From: an uncultured Chloroflexia bacterium
Lineage (GTDB): Bacteria; Chloroflexota; Limnocylindria; Limnocylindrales; CSP1-4
NCBI GenBank assembly: GCA_963707215.1
Contig: CAVPPB010000003.1
Span: 960,001 to 1,024,000 of the forward strand
Length of the DNA stretch: 64,000 bases
Direction: 5' to 3'
Positions within the stretch are counted from its first letter, which is position 1, and the number at the start of each line of letters is the position of its first letter. Under the pieces are notes generated by a model. The model was not told the origin of the DNA. It worked only from the letters and a program-made list of their open reading frames with translations, and did not search any database. This document shows, piece by piece, positions 45,547 to 55,284 of this stretch. The translations under genes and the position numbers were made by a program.

Positions 45547-46820
45547 CCGATCCCCTCCGCCATCGCCTCGGCCACCTCGGCCGGCTCGGGTCGCTCGAGC
45601 TCGAAGGCGGCATGGAGCGCCCGAACCGCGGTCTCGACCTGGTCCTCGGCGATCATGCAGGTGATCCGGATCTCCGAGGTGGAGATCATCTCGATGTTGA
45701 CCCCGGCCGCGGCCAGGGTCCGGAACATCCGGGCCGCGTACCCGGGGGCGTTGTGGATGCCGGCCCCGACGATCGAGACCTTGGCGACCGAAGAGTCGGT
45801 CGTCAACTCGCGGAATCCGAGGTCGCGGACGATCGGCTCGAGCACCCGCTTCGCCGCCGCCAGGTCGACGGCCGGGATGGTGAACGACAGGTCGGTCGCG
45901 CCGTGGTGGCCGACGTTCTGGACGATCATGTCGACGTTGATGCCGGCGTCGGCGAGCGGCTCGAAGACGGCCGCTGCGACGCCCGGTCGATCGGGCACTT
46001 CGACGAGGGTCGCCTTGGCCACGTTGCGATCGTGGGCGATCCCGCGGACCTTGTTCCGCTGCTCCACGAGCGGGTCCTCCTTGATCAGCGTTCCGGGTAC
46101 GTCCTCGAACGAGGACAGGACCTCGATGACGACAGCGTTGACCCAGCCGAGCTCGACCGCTCGGACCTGCATGACCTGCGCCCCCTGGTGGGCCAGCTCG
46201 AGCATCTCCTCGTAGCCCACGACGGGCAGCTGGCGGGCGTCGGGGACGATCCGCGGGTCGGCGGTGTAGATGCCCAGGACGTCGGTGAAGATGCGGCAGC
46301 GGTCGGCACCGAGCGCCGCGGCCAGGGCCACCGCGGTCGTGTCCGAGCCGCCCCGGCCGAGGGTCGTCGTCTCCGCGAGCCCTGCCGCCTGGGAGCTCAG
46401 GCCCTGGAAGCCGGCCACGATGACGACCTTGCCGCCGGCCAGCTCGGCGTGGACCCGGGCCGGATCGATCCCGGCGATGCGGGCCCTGCCGTACGTGCCG
46501 TCGGTGGTGATCCCGGCCTGGGCCCCCGTCAGCGAGATGGCCGGACAGCCGAGGGCCTGGAGGGCCATCGAGACGAGGGTCGCGCTCTGATGCTCACCGG
46601 TCGCCAGGAGCATGTCGAGCTCGCGCGCGTCGGGCTCGTCGGTGACGGCCGCGGCCAGGGCCAGCAGCTCGTCCGTCGTGTCGCCCATCGCGGAGACGAC
46701 CACGACCAGGTCGGCGCCGGCCTCGCGGTCGGCGGCGATCCGGGTGGCGACCCGACGGATCCGTTCGGCGCTGCCGACCGAGGACCCGCCGAACTTCTGG
46801 ACGATGAGGGGGGCTGCCAT
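45543..46820 (-). CDS. lysC: Aspartate kinase with two ACT domains
   Basis: VQKFGGSSV, SAMGDTTD, LLATGE, TTLGRGGSDTTAV, TADPR, STSEIRI. Confidence 0.95.
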   Translation of the reverse strand: MAAPLIVQKFGGSSVGSAERIRRVATRIAADREAGADLVVVVSAMGDTTDELLALAAAVTDEPDARELDMLLATGEHQSATLVSMALQALGCPAISLTGAQAGITTDGTYGRARIAGIDPARVHAELAGGKVVIVAGFQGLSSQAAGLAETTTLGRGGSDTTAVALAAALGADRCRIFTDVLGIYTADPRIVPDARQLPVVGYEEMLELAHQGAQVMQVRAVELGWVNAVVIEVLSSFEDVPGTLIKEDPLVEQRNKVRGIAHDRNVAKATLVEVPDRPGVAAAVFEPLADAGINVDMIVQNVGHHGATDLSFTIPAVDLAAAKRVLEPIVRDLGFRELTTDSSVAKVSIVGAGIHNAPGYAARMFRTLAAAGVNIEMISTSEIRITCMIAEDQVETAVRALHAAFELERPEPAEVAEAMAEGIG

Positions 46821-46892
46821 CACCGCGTATCGTACCCGGCCGTTGGCCGATGGCCGCCGCGGCGTGTCGGGCGGTAGCATCCGGGCCACGGC

Positions 46893-47003
46893 ACGACCGA
46901 GGCCGAGGGGGCCGGCAGGCTCGGCGCCACGCGCGTGATGATCTCGACCAAGGGCACCAGCCTGGCCGCCATCGGCCTGTACCAGCGGCTCGGCCTACCC
47001 TGA
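46893..47003 (+). pseudogene. Possible C-terminal remnant of a GNAT acetyltransferase
   Basis: Frame reads EGAGRLGATRVMISTKGTSLAAIGLYQRLGLP*, resembling a GNAT C-terminal motif; no N-terminal part is present. Confidence 0.35.
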
Positions 47004-47058
47004 CGACCCGGATCGTGCCGTACGCTGCGCCCGTGTATTGACCCGGAGGACCCGCCTC

Positions 47059-47832
47059 ATGTGCTTCGACGCCGACGCCCACCCGCCCATCGCCCCGATC
47101 GCCGGCGGCGCCCTCGACAGTGGCCACCTTGAGCTCACCGCCGACGACGGGAACCGCTTCGCCGTGTACCGCGCCCGGGCCGCCAGCCCGTCGGGTGCGG
47201 GGATGATCGTCCTGCCTGATGTCCGCGGCCTGTTCGGCTACTACGAGGAGCTGGCCCTGCGATTCGCCGAGCACGGCATCGACGCCGTCGCCATCGACTA
47301 CTTCGGGCGCACGGCCGGGGTCGGCGAGCGCGATGCGGCCTTCGACTACATGCCCCACGTCGAGCGCACGACGTACGCGGGGCTGGCGGCCGACGTCCGC
47401 GCGGCCGCGGCCTACCTGCGCTCGCCCGACGGCGGCCGCGTGGGGTCGCTGTTCTCGATCGGCTTCTGCTTCGGCGGCCGCCTGTCCTTCCTGGCCTCGA
47501 CGCTGGGCCTCGAGCTGGCCGGCGTCGTCGGCTTCTACGGCTGGCCGGTCGGAACCTCGCGCAACGACACTCCGGCCCCGGCCGACGTGGCCAGCGCCTG
47601 CGCCTGCCCGGTGCTCGCCATCTTCGGCGGGGCGGACCGGGGGATCCCGCCCGAGGCCGTGACGACGTTCCGGACGGCGCTCACCGAGGCCGGCGTGACC
47701 AAGCGGATCGTCACCTACGAGGACGCCCCGCACTCCTTCTTCGACCGCAAGCAGGAGGAGTACGTCGCCGAATCGGCAGCCGCCTGGGAGGAGGTCCTCG
47801 CCTTCGTCCGGACGAACACGGCGGCCGGGTAG
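47059..47832 (+). CDS. Dienelactone hydrolase family protein
   Basis: PDVRGL, nucleophile motif GFCFGG, FGGAD, YEDAPHSFF; GGAGG RBS. Confidence 0.92.
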   Translation: MCFDADAHPPIAPIAGGALDSGHLELTADDGNRFAVYRARAASPSGAGMIVLPDVRGLFGYYEELALRFAEHGIDAVAIDYFGRTAGVGERDAAFDYMPHVERTTYAGLAADVRAAAAYLRSPDGGRVGSLFSIGFCFGGRLSFLASTLGLELAGVVGFYGWPVGTSRNDTPAPADVASACACPVLAIFGGADRGIPPEAVTTFRTALTEAGVTKRIVTYEDAPHSFFDRKQEEYVAESAAAWEEVLAFVRTNTAAG

Positions 47833-47901
47833 GCGCGCTCGCCTCGCGGGCCCACTGGGGTCACGAGCTCGGTCGCGGGCCGGGCCATCCGGCGCCCTCC
47901 C

Positions 47902-48087
47902 TTAGCGCTTGGCCAGGAACCAGGCCAGGCCGACGAGGAGCAGGAAGCCGCCGACGAGGATGATCGGCAGCGGGGCGACGTCGTTGAGGACCGACCAGAC
48001 ACCCTGGACCGCATCCTGGGCAGCCCGGACGACGCCCTCGACCAGGCCCGAGATGGAACGCCCGACGTCCCCCACCACATCGCCCAT
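47902..48087 (-). CDS. Small (61 aa) single-TM membrane protein, probably leaderless
   Basis: Amphipathic N-terminus, TM segment, KR tail; TAGACT 7 nt before the ATG. Confidence 0.65.
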   Translation of the reverse strand: MGDVVGDVGRSISGLVEGVVRAAQDAVQGVWSVLNDVAPLPIILVGGFLLLVGLAWFLAKR

Positions 48088-48201
48088 GGGCGAAAGTCTA
48101 GTCCCGGCGCCAAGCGGATCCCCCGCCTCGGGGAGCGCCCCCCGGGACCCCGAAGCGGCGATCCTGGACGGCAGGCCGGCCGGCGACGAGAACGTCAGCG
48201 G

Positions 48202-49191
48202 TCACGCGCCCTCGGTAACGGTCGCCCCGGCATTGCGCGGCGGGATGATCTCGACCCGACCGGCCAGGTCGGCGTCACCCGCGGCGGCCAGGAAGGCGGC
48301 CTCGATCCGGGTCATCGCCGCGACCGAGTCAGCGAAGGCGATGACGCTCGAGCCGCTGCCCGAGAGGCAGGCCCCGATGGCCCCGGCGCCGCGGGCGCCA
48401 TCGACGAGGGCGGGGAGCTCCGGGTAGACCTTCGCTCGGTACGGCTCGTGGAGTCGGTCCCGGGTCAGCCAGCCGAGCAGGTCGGTGCGGCCGCGAGCCA
48501 GCCCCGCCACGCCGATGGCGACCCGCCCGACGTTGCCGACCGCGTCGACCCGGGGCACGCGATCCGGCAGGATGCCTCGCATCTCACTCGTGGAGAGGCG
48601 GCGCTCGGGGATGAAGATGACGGTCCGCAGCTCGCGCGGCACGTCGAAGCGGATCGCCTCGAGCACGTCCCCGTCGGTCGCCACGACGACGAAGCCGCCC
48701 ATCAAGGCGGCCGCGGCGTTGTCGGGATGGCCCTCGATGTCGACCGCGAGGCGGAGCAGCTCGGGCTGGTCCAGCGGCCCGCCGAGAAGGGCGTTGCCGG
48801 CGACCAGGCCGCCGACCGTCGCCGCAGCCGACGATCCGAGGCCACGGGCCAGCGGGATGCGGTTGCGCATCCGGATCCGCCAGCCGGCCTGATCGGGGAC
48901 GTCACCTCGGGCCGCCCGGAGGGCCGCCTCGAGTCCCTGGACGAAGCGGTTGCCCCGGTCGGCGACGAGCTCCCCCTCCCCATCACCCTCGACGACGAGC
49001 TCGACGCCGTCGGCGCCCCAGCCGAGGACCTCGAGGTCGATCCGATCCGTCAGATCCAGGGCGACGGCGAGGCAGTCGTAGCCGGCGCCCAGGTTGGCGC
49101 TCGAGGCCGGCACCTCCACGGTGACCCGGCGACCATCGAACTCGGCCAGCCAGGTCGTCGTCGGCCGCTCGCCCTTCGGTCCTCCGCTCAT
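48202..49191 (-). CDS. thrB: Homoserine kinase
   Basis: [45 protein letters not shown]. Confidence 0.95.
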   Translation of the reverse strand: MSGGPKGERPTTTWLAEFDGRRVTVEVPASSANLGAGYDCLAVALDLTDRIDLEVLGWGADGVELVVEGDGEGELVADRGNRFVQGLEAALRAARGDVPDQAGWRIRMRNRIPLARGLGSSAAATVGGLVAGNALLGGPLDQPELLRLAVDIEGHPDNAAAALMGGFVVVATDGDVLEAIRFDVPRELRTVIFIPERRLSTSEMRGILPDRVPRVDAVGNVGRVAIGVAGLARGRTDLLGWLTRDRLHEPYRAKVYPELPALVDGARGAGAIGACLSGSGSSVIAFADSVAAMTRIEAAFLAAAGDADLAGRVEIIPPRNAGATVTEGA

Positions 49192-50286
49192 CGGTCCCTC
49201 CAGCCGAGCGCCCCCATGACGCCGTCGAGCGAGGCGGGCGCCTCGATGAGCCGGGCGGCCTGGGCCTCGGCGGTCGTCGGATCCTTGAGGCCGGCGCCCG
49301 TCAGGACGCAGACCACGACCGCTTCCGGATCGAGCTCACCGGCCGTCGCGACCTTCCGCAGGCCGGCGACGCTGGCTGCCGACGACGGCTCGCAGAAGAT
49401 GCCCTCTAGCCGGGCGAGGTCCCGGTAGGCGGCCAGGATCTCCTCGTCGGTGACCGCGTCGATCCGGCCGCCGGACTCGTCGCGGGCCGCCTCGGCCGCC
49501 GCCCAGGACGCCGGATTGCCGATCCGGATGGCGGTCGCAACGGTCTCGGGATGCTCGACCCGATGGCCGAGGACGATGGGCGCCGCCCCGGTCGCCTGGA
49601 AGCCCCACATCCGCGGCAGCGTGTCGATCCGGCCGGCCCGTAGGTAGTCGCGGAAGCCCGCCCAGTAGGCGGTGATGTTGCCGGCATTGCCGACCGGGAT
49701 GGCGAGCACGTCAGGTGCCCGACCCAGGTCGTCGCAGACCTCGAACGCAGCGGTCTTCTGGCCCTCGATCCGGTGGGGGTTGACCGAGTTCACCAGGGTG
49801 ATCGGGATGCTCGTCCTGGTCCGCCAGCTCGCGCACGATGCGAAGGGCCTGGTCGAAGTTGCCGTCGACGGCGACGACCCGCGCCCCGGCCACGAGGGCC
49901 TGGACGAGCTTGCCGAGGGCGATCTTGCCGCTGGGCAGGACGACGACGACCTCCATCCCGGCGCGGGCGCCGTAGGCGGCGGCCGAGGCCGAGGTGTTGC
50001 CGGTCGAGGCGCACACGATGGCCCGAGCGCCGGCCTCGAGCGCCTTGCTGACGGCCACGACCATGCCCCGGTCCTTGAACGAGCCGGTCGGGTTCATGCC
50101 CTCGACCTTGACGTAGAGCCGCCGCAGGCCCAGCTCGGCGGCCAGCCGCGGGACCGGCACGAGCGGTGTAGAGCCCTCGCCGAGGCTCACGACCGGGGTC
50201 GCCTCCCCGATGGGCAGGAAGCTCCGGTAGCGCTCGGTCAGGCGAGGCCGCTCGGCTTCGCCGTGCGTCGCGGCGTCAGTCGTCAC
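49188..50286 (-). CDS. thrC: Threonine synthase, 1-nt frameshift near 49804-49806
   Basis: [10 protein letters not shown] and [10 protein letters not shown] in the 5' ORF; [20 protein letters not shown] and TGAGLKD in the 3' ORF. Confidence 0.9.
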
Positions 50287-51567
50287 AGGGGTAGAGCGTG
50301 ACGTCGATGTCGGACGGCAGGATCGCGGCGAAGGCGGCCCGGGCCTCCTCGAGGGTCACGTGCTCGGTCCGGATGGCGGTGCCAGCCTCGAAGTCGACAG
50401 CGGCGGCCTCGTCGAGGGCGTCCGGCAGGTCGGTCCGGGCCAGGTCGATGGCCGGGATGAAGGCGTACCAGTGGCGAGCGCCCGCCAGGCCGTCGCCGGC
50501 GGTGGCATGGTCGCCAGGCCCGTTGGCTGCCGGCGCCAGGCCCGCCCAGGTGCTCCCCGCCCCGCGGGCCACCGCGACGACGTCGGCGAGGACCGCGCTG
50601 CTCGTCTCCGGGCCGCCGGCGCCGGGACCGGCGATCCCGATGTTCCCGATCGGGATCGCCCTCGACCTCGACCCGGTTGGTGACCCCGGCGGTCCAGCCG
50701 AACGGGCTGTTCGGCGGGTACGCAGGTCGGGACGACCGATGCGGCGATGCCGTCGCCCTCGAGGCGGGCGGCCGAGGCGATCAGGCGCATCGAGTACCCA
50801 AGGGACTCGGCCCCCTCGATCTCCTGGTCGGTGACCCCGGTGATGCCGGGAGCGCCCTCGCCCCGCACGCGTCGGCGGGCAGCGGACGATCGATGCCGGG
50901 TCGAGCCACTCGCCGAAGGCCAGGCGGGCCAGGATGACCAGCTTGTTGACCGCGTCGTCGCCCTCGACGTCGCCGGACGGATCAGCCTCCGCGTAGCCCA
51001 GCGCCTGCGCTTCCTCGAGGGCGCCGGCGTAGGGGCGACCGTCCTCGGCCATCAGGGTCAGGATGTAGTTGGTCGTGCCGTTGACGATCCCGCGGACCCG
51101 GCGGATCTCATTGGCCGCGAGGTCGGTGGCCAGGGGCGCCAGGATCGGGATGCCGCCGCCGACCGCGGCCTCGAAGCGCAGCGCGGTGCCGGTCCGCCGG
51201 GCGATGCGCCTCCAGCTCGGCTCCGTGGTGGGCGATGACGTGCTTGTTGGCCGTCACGACGGGCTTGCCGGCGCCGAGGGCGGCGGCGATGAGCGTGTGG
51301 GCCGGCTCGTCGCCGCCCATCAGCTCCACGACGACGTCGGTCTCGTCGGAGGCGACGAGGTGGGCCGGGGCGTCGGTCAGGAGCACCGCGGGAAGGCCCC
51401 GCTCGATCGCGTGCGGGATGGACCGGACGGCGATGCCCGGTCACCGCCAGCTGCCCCGACCCGGCGGCGCGCAGGCGGCCGCCCCGCTCCAGCAGGCCCC
51501 GGACGACCTCGCGGCCGACGGTGCCGGCCCCCAGCACGGCGAGCCTCAGTGGACGGTCGGTGGGCAT
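50276..51567 (-). CDS. hom: Homoserine dehydrogenase, several apparent indels
   Basis: LAVLGAGTVG, VVELMGG, VVTANK, AQALGYAEADPSGDVEG and GPGAGGPETSSAV occur in successive frames; TACCAT 7 nt before the ATG. Confidence 0.85.
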
Positions 51568-51635
51568 GGCTGGAATGGTAGCCGAGGCCGACCCTGCTCC
51601 GGTGGCCGCCGACCGGTCGACTACACTGCCGGGCC

Positions 51636-52657
51636 ATGACGACCAGCAGCGAGCCGGCGGCCGGCCGGCGGCGGGACTCTGCCGACACGGCCACGGATCT
51701 TCAGTGGCATCCAGCCCTCCGGCGTCGTCCACCTGGGCAACGACCTGGGGGCCATCCGCAACTACGTCCGCCTCCAGGACGAGTACGAGGCGATCTACTG
51801 CATCGTCGACTACCACGCCCTGACCAGCACCCACGACGCCGACGTGCTGCGGGCCCGTACCCGCGAGATGGCCGCCTCGCTGCTGGCCCTGGGCCTTGAC
51901 CCGGAACGCTGCTCGCTCTTCGTCCAGAGCCATCGACCCGAGGTCACCGAGCTCATGTGGCTGTTCGCCACGGTCACGCCGGTGAGCTGGCTCCAGCGGA
52001 CACCGACGTACAAGGAGAAGCGCGCGGCCCAGCCCGACGACGTCAACGACGGACTGCTGACCTACCCGGTCCTGCAGGCCGCCGACATCGTCATCTACAA
52101 GGCGTCGCTCGTGCCCGTGGGACGCGACCAGGCCGCTCACCTGGAGCTGTCGCGCGAGATCGTCCGGGCCTTCAACCACCGCTACGGCGACGACCTTCCC
52201 GGAGCCCCAGGCCGTCTACACCGAGGCGCCGGTCGTGCTCGGCACGGACGGCGTGCGCAAGATGAGCAAGTCGGTCGGCAACACGATCGAGATCCTGGCG
52301 GAGCCCGACGTCATCCGCCGCCAGGTCATGTCGATGGTCACCGACACCCAGCGGATCAAGCGGACCGACCCGGGTCGGCCGGAGGTCTGCAACGTCTGCC
52401 AGCTGCACCGATCCTTCGGGGACGACTACGAGGAGATCTGGGAGGGCGAGCGGACAGCCAGGACGGGCTGCGTGGAGACCAAGAAGCTGCTGGCCGAGCG
52501 GATCGTCGCCCGCTACGCGGAGGCCCGTCAGCGCTATGCCGAGTTGATGGCCGAGCCGGCCCGCATCGACGAGATCCTCGCGGCCGGCGCCGAGCGGGTC
52601 CGGCCGATCGCCGGGGCGACGATGGACGAGGTCCGCGAACGGATGGGGCTCCGCTAG
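51636..52657 (+). CDS. trpS: Tryptophan--tRNA ligase, two apparent frameshifts (about 51660-51690 and about 52195)
   Basis: RIFSGIQPSGVVHLGN, YPVLQAADI, VPVGRDQ, KMSKS, TDPGRP. Confidence 0.9.
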
Positions 52658-52706
52658 GCTCCGGCGCTACCATGGCCTCGTCGGGAGCCGAGCCAGGGAG
52701 GACGGC

Positions 52707-54005
52707 GTGGAACGCGAGCAGCCGGTGACGGGTCTCGGGCTGACCGAGCGCCAGCGGGGCTGGCTCGACGTGCTGCTCATCCTGGCCACCATCATCGCCT
52801 TCTTCATCGCGACCGGCCTGGTGGCGAGCGCCCTCTACGCGTTCGGCGACGTCATCCTGATCTTCTTCCTGGCATGGCTCATCGCCTTCATGATCGCCCC
52901 GCTGGCCCGGGGACTGGGCCGCCTGCTGCCCTGGCTGGACCAGCGGGTCGCAGTGGTGCTCGTCTACATCGTCCTGCTGCTCTTCCTCATCGGTGCGGTC
53001 TTCTTCATCGCGGAGACCCTGGTGAACTCCATCAACGAGTTCATCGCGAGACTGCCGACCATCGAGCAGGATCTGGCTGCGCTCCTCCTGCCGATCCAGG
53101 AGTGGCTCGACCGACTCGGCCTCGGTGTCAACGTCCAGGTCCAGCTCGACGCCATCGTGGCGGCGATCCGATCGGGCGCGATCGACCTCCTCGGCCCGCT
53201 CCAGCAGCTGGCCGTCGCCGGGATCGGCGTCGTCGGGAACCTCCTCTTCGTCGTCATCCTCTCCGTCTACATCGCGGTGGACCGCGACCGGATCACCTCC
53301 TTCCTCCTGCGACTCGTCCCGCCCCGCTTCGGCGAGGAGGCCGACGTCGTCATCCGCAGCACGAACCGCTCGTTCGGCGGATTCATCCGGGGCCAGATCA
53401 TCCTGGGCCTCACCTACGGGTCGGTCGCCTTCCTTACCTCGGTCGTGCTTCGGCCTCGAGTTCGGCATCCTGACCGCACTGGCGGCCGGGGTCCTCATGG
53501 CCATCCCGTTCTTCGGGCCGTTCGTGGCCTGGGCGCCGCCGGTCCTGGTCGCCATCGCCCTCGACCAGGGCGACGATCATCCCGACCCTCGTCGTCATGG
53601 GTGCCGGCTGGTTCGTGGTCATGAACATCGTCCAGCCGCGGGTCATGGCCGGGACCATCGGCATCCACCCGATCGTGGTCCTCGCGTCGGTCATCATCGG
53701 AGCCAAGATCGCCGGCATCGCCGGGGCGATCTTCGGGATCCCGATCGCCGCCATCGCCTCCTCGCTCTTCCTCCACTTCTCTCGGCCGGAGCCGCGGCGG
53801 CACGGTCACCGAGCGCGCCGCTCGACGGGTCGAGGACCGGGAGGGTCGACCCGTCCGGGTGCCGCGCGAGCCGATGGCCGGCCTGGACCAGGACATCGCC
53901 GAGGCCGAGCGACCGGATCGGGCGGCGCCGGATGCCGATGACGCTGCATCCACCCCGACAGCCGCGCGACCCATCCCGACGACCGACGCGCCCAGCCCCC
54001 CGTGA
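52707..54005 (+). CDS. AI-2E (PerM) family transporter, frameshifted
   Basis: FFLAWLIAFMIAP, GFIRGQ, IPFFGP, VQPRVM, IHP...GAIFGIP across frames. Confidence 0.82.
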
Positions 54006-54056
54006 GCGAGACGGGAGCGCGGAGCCGAGGCCGCAGGCGGCGACACCGCCCCGGAC

Positions 54057-55066
54057 ATGACCAGGGAGCGGGCCCGGTCCGAGCGGCGCGACCTCGACAA
54101 GGAGCGTGGCGAGCCGGTCGCCGGGGCCGCCGAGCGGACCTCGCGGGCCCGGCCACGGATCGCCCGGCCCCTGCCGGAGTGGCGGACCCGGCCGCGCATC
54201 CTGGTGACCAACGACGACGGCATCGAGTCCCGCGGCCTGCTCGCGCTCAAGCAGGCGCTCGAGCCGATCGGCGACGTCACCGTCGTCGCACCGGACACCA
54301 ACCAGAGCGCGGTCGGCCACCAGAAGACCCTGATGCGCCCGCTGCGGGTCCGCGAACGGACGCTCGCCGACGGCTCGGCGGGCTGGTCGGTGGACGGCTC
54401 GCCGACCGACGCCGTCAGCCTGGCCTTCCTGGGCTTCTTCGACGAAGGCTTGGGACCTGGTCGCCGCGGGCATCAACTACGGCGCCAACCTGGGTGACGA
54501 CATCACCTATTCCGGGACGGTGAGCGCGGCCATGGAGGCGGCCATCAACGGCTGCCCGTCGTTCGCGATCTCGCAGGAGTACTACGAGCATCCCGACTTC
54601 TCCCTCGCGGCTCGGGCCGCAGCGATCGTCGCGCCGCAACATCCTCGAGCACGGCCTGGGCGAGGGCGAGTTGCTCAACGTCAACGTGCCCGCCTGCACG
54701 GTGGCGCGAGCGTGCGAGGGCATCGAGGTCACCCGCCTCGGCAAGCGCGTCTACCAGGACGAGCTCGTCCAGCGGCTCGACCCTCGGGGGATCCCCTACT
54801 ACTGGATCGGTGGCCCACCGCCGTCGGGACTGGCGATCGAGGGCACCGACTTCCACGCCGTCGTCAACCGACGGATCGCCGTCACACCGATCCACCTCGA
54901 CCTGACCGGTGTGGAGCTGCTGCAGCGCCTGGGCGGATGGGATTGGTCACCCGCGGCGCAGACCCAGCCGAGCGCCCCGGCAGCCGAGCCCCCGGGTCCC
55001 GAGGCCCGAGCTGAGGCAGAGCATGACCGCGACCTCTCCGACGAGCTCCGCCGGGAGCGTCGCTAG
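54057..55066 (+). CDS. surE: 5'/3'-nucleotidase SurE, frameshifted
   Basis: [61 protein letters not shown]. Confidence 0.9.
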
Positions 55067-55239
55067 GCCGGTCGCCTGCCCTGGTCGGCAGCGGTTCCGG
55101 CACCGGGAGGTCTCACCCCCTGGTACCTCACTCCGGAGTCACGTCTGGGCATAGGCGCGTGGCCCGCGGGCCGCCGCCGCCCCACCAGCCGTTGATGCGG
55201 GTATGCCCAGAGTCGACCAGAGGCAGCGGCGCCAAGCCG

Positions 55240-55284
55240 GCCCGGCCCGAAGCCGCCCGGCCCGATGCCGCCCGGCCCGAAGCG
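55240..55284. repeat. 15-bp tandem repeat x3 (GCCCGGCCCGAWGCC)
   Basis: Units at 55240, 55255 and 55270, directly after the oxidoreductase stop codon. Confidence 0.8.

Noticed and set aside
46870-46880. ops/JUMPstart-like GGCGGTAGC
   Set aside because: Better explained as a TAGCAT -10 box; it is not upstream of the glycan operon and no NusG paralog is seen.
51740-51745. TrpS HLGND instead of the usual HLGNY
   Set aside because: A single substitution in an error-rich region cannot be distinguished from a sequencing error.
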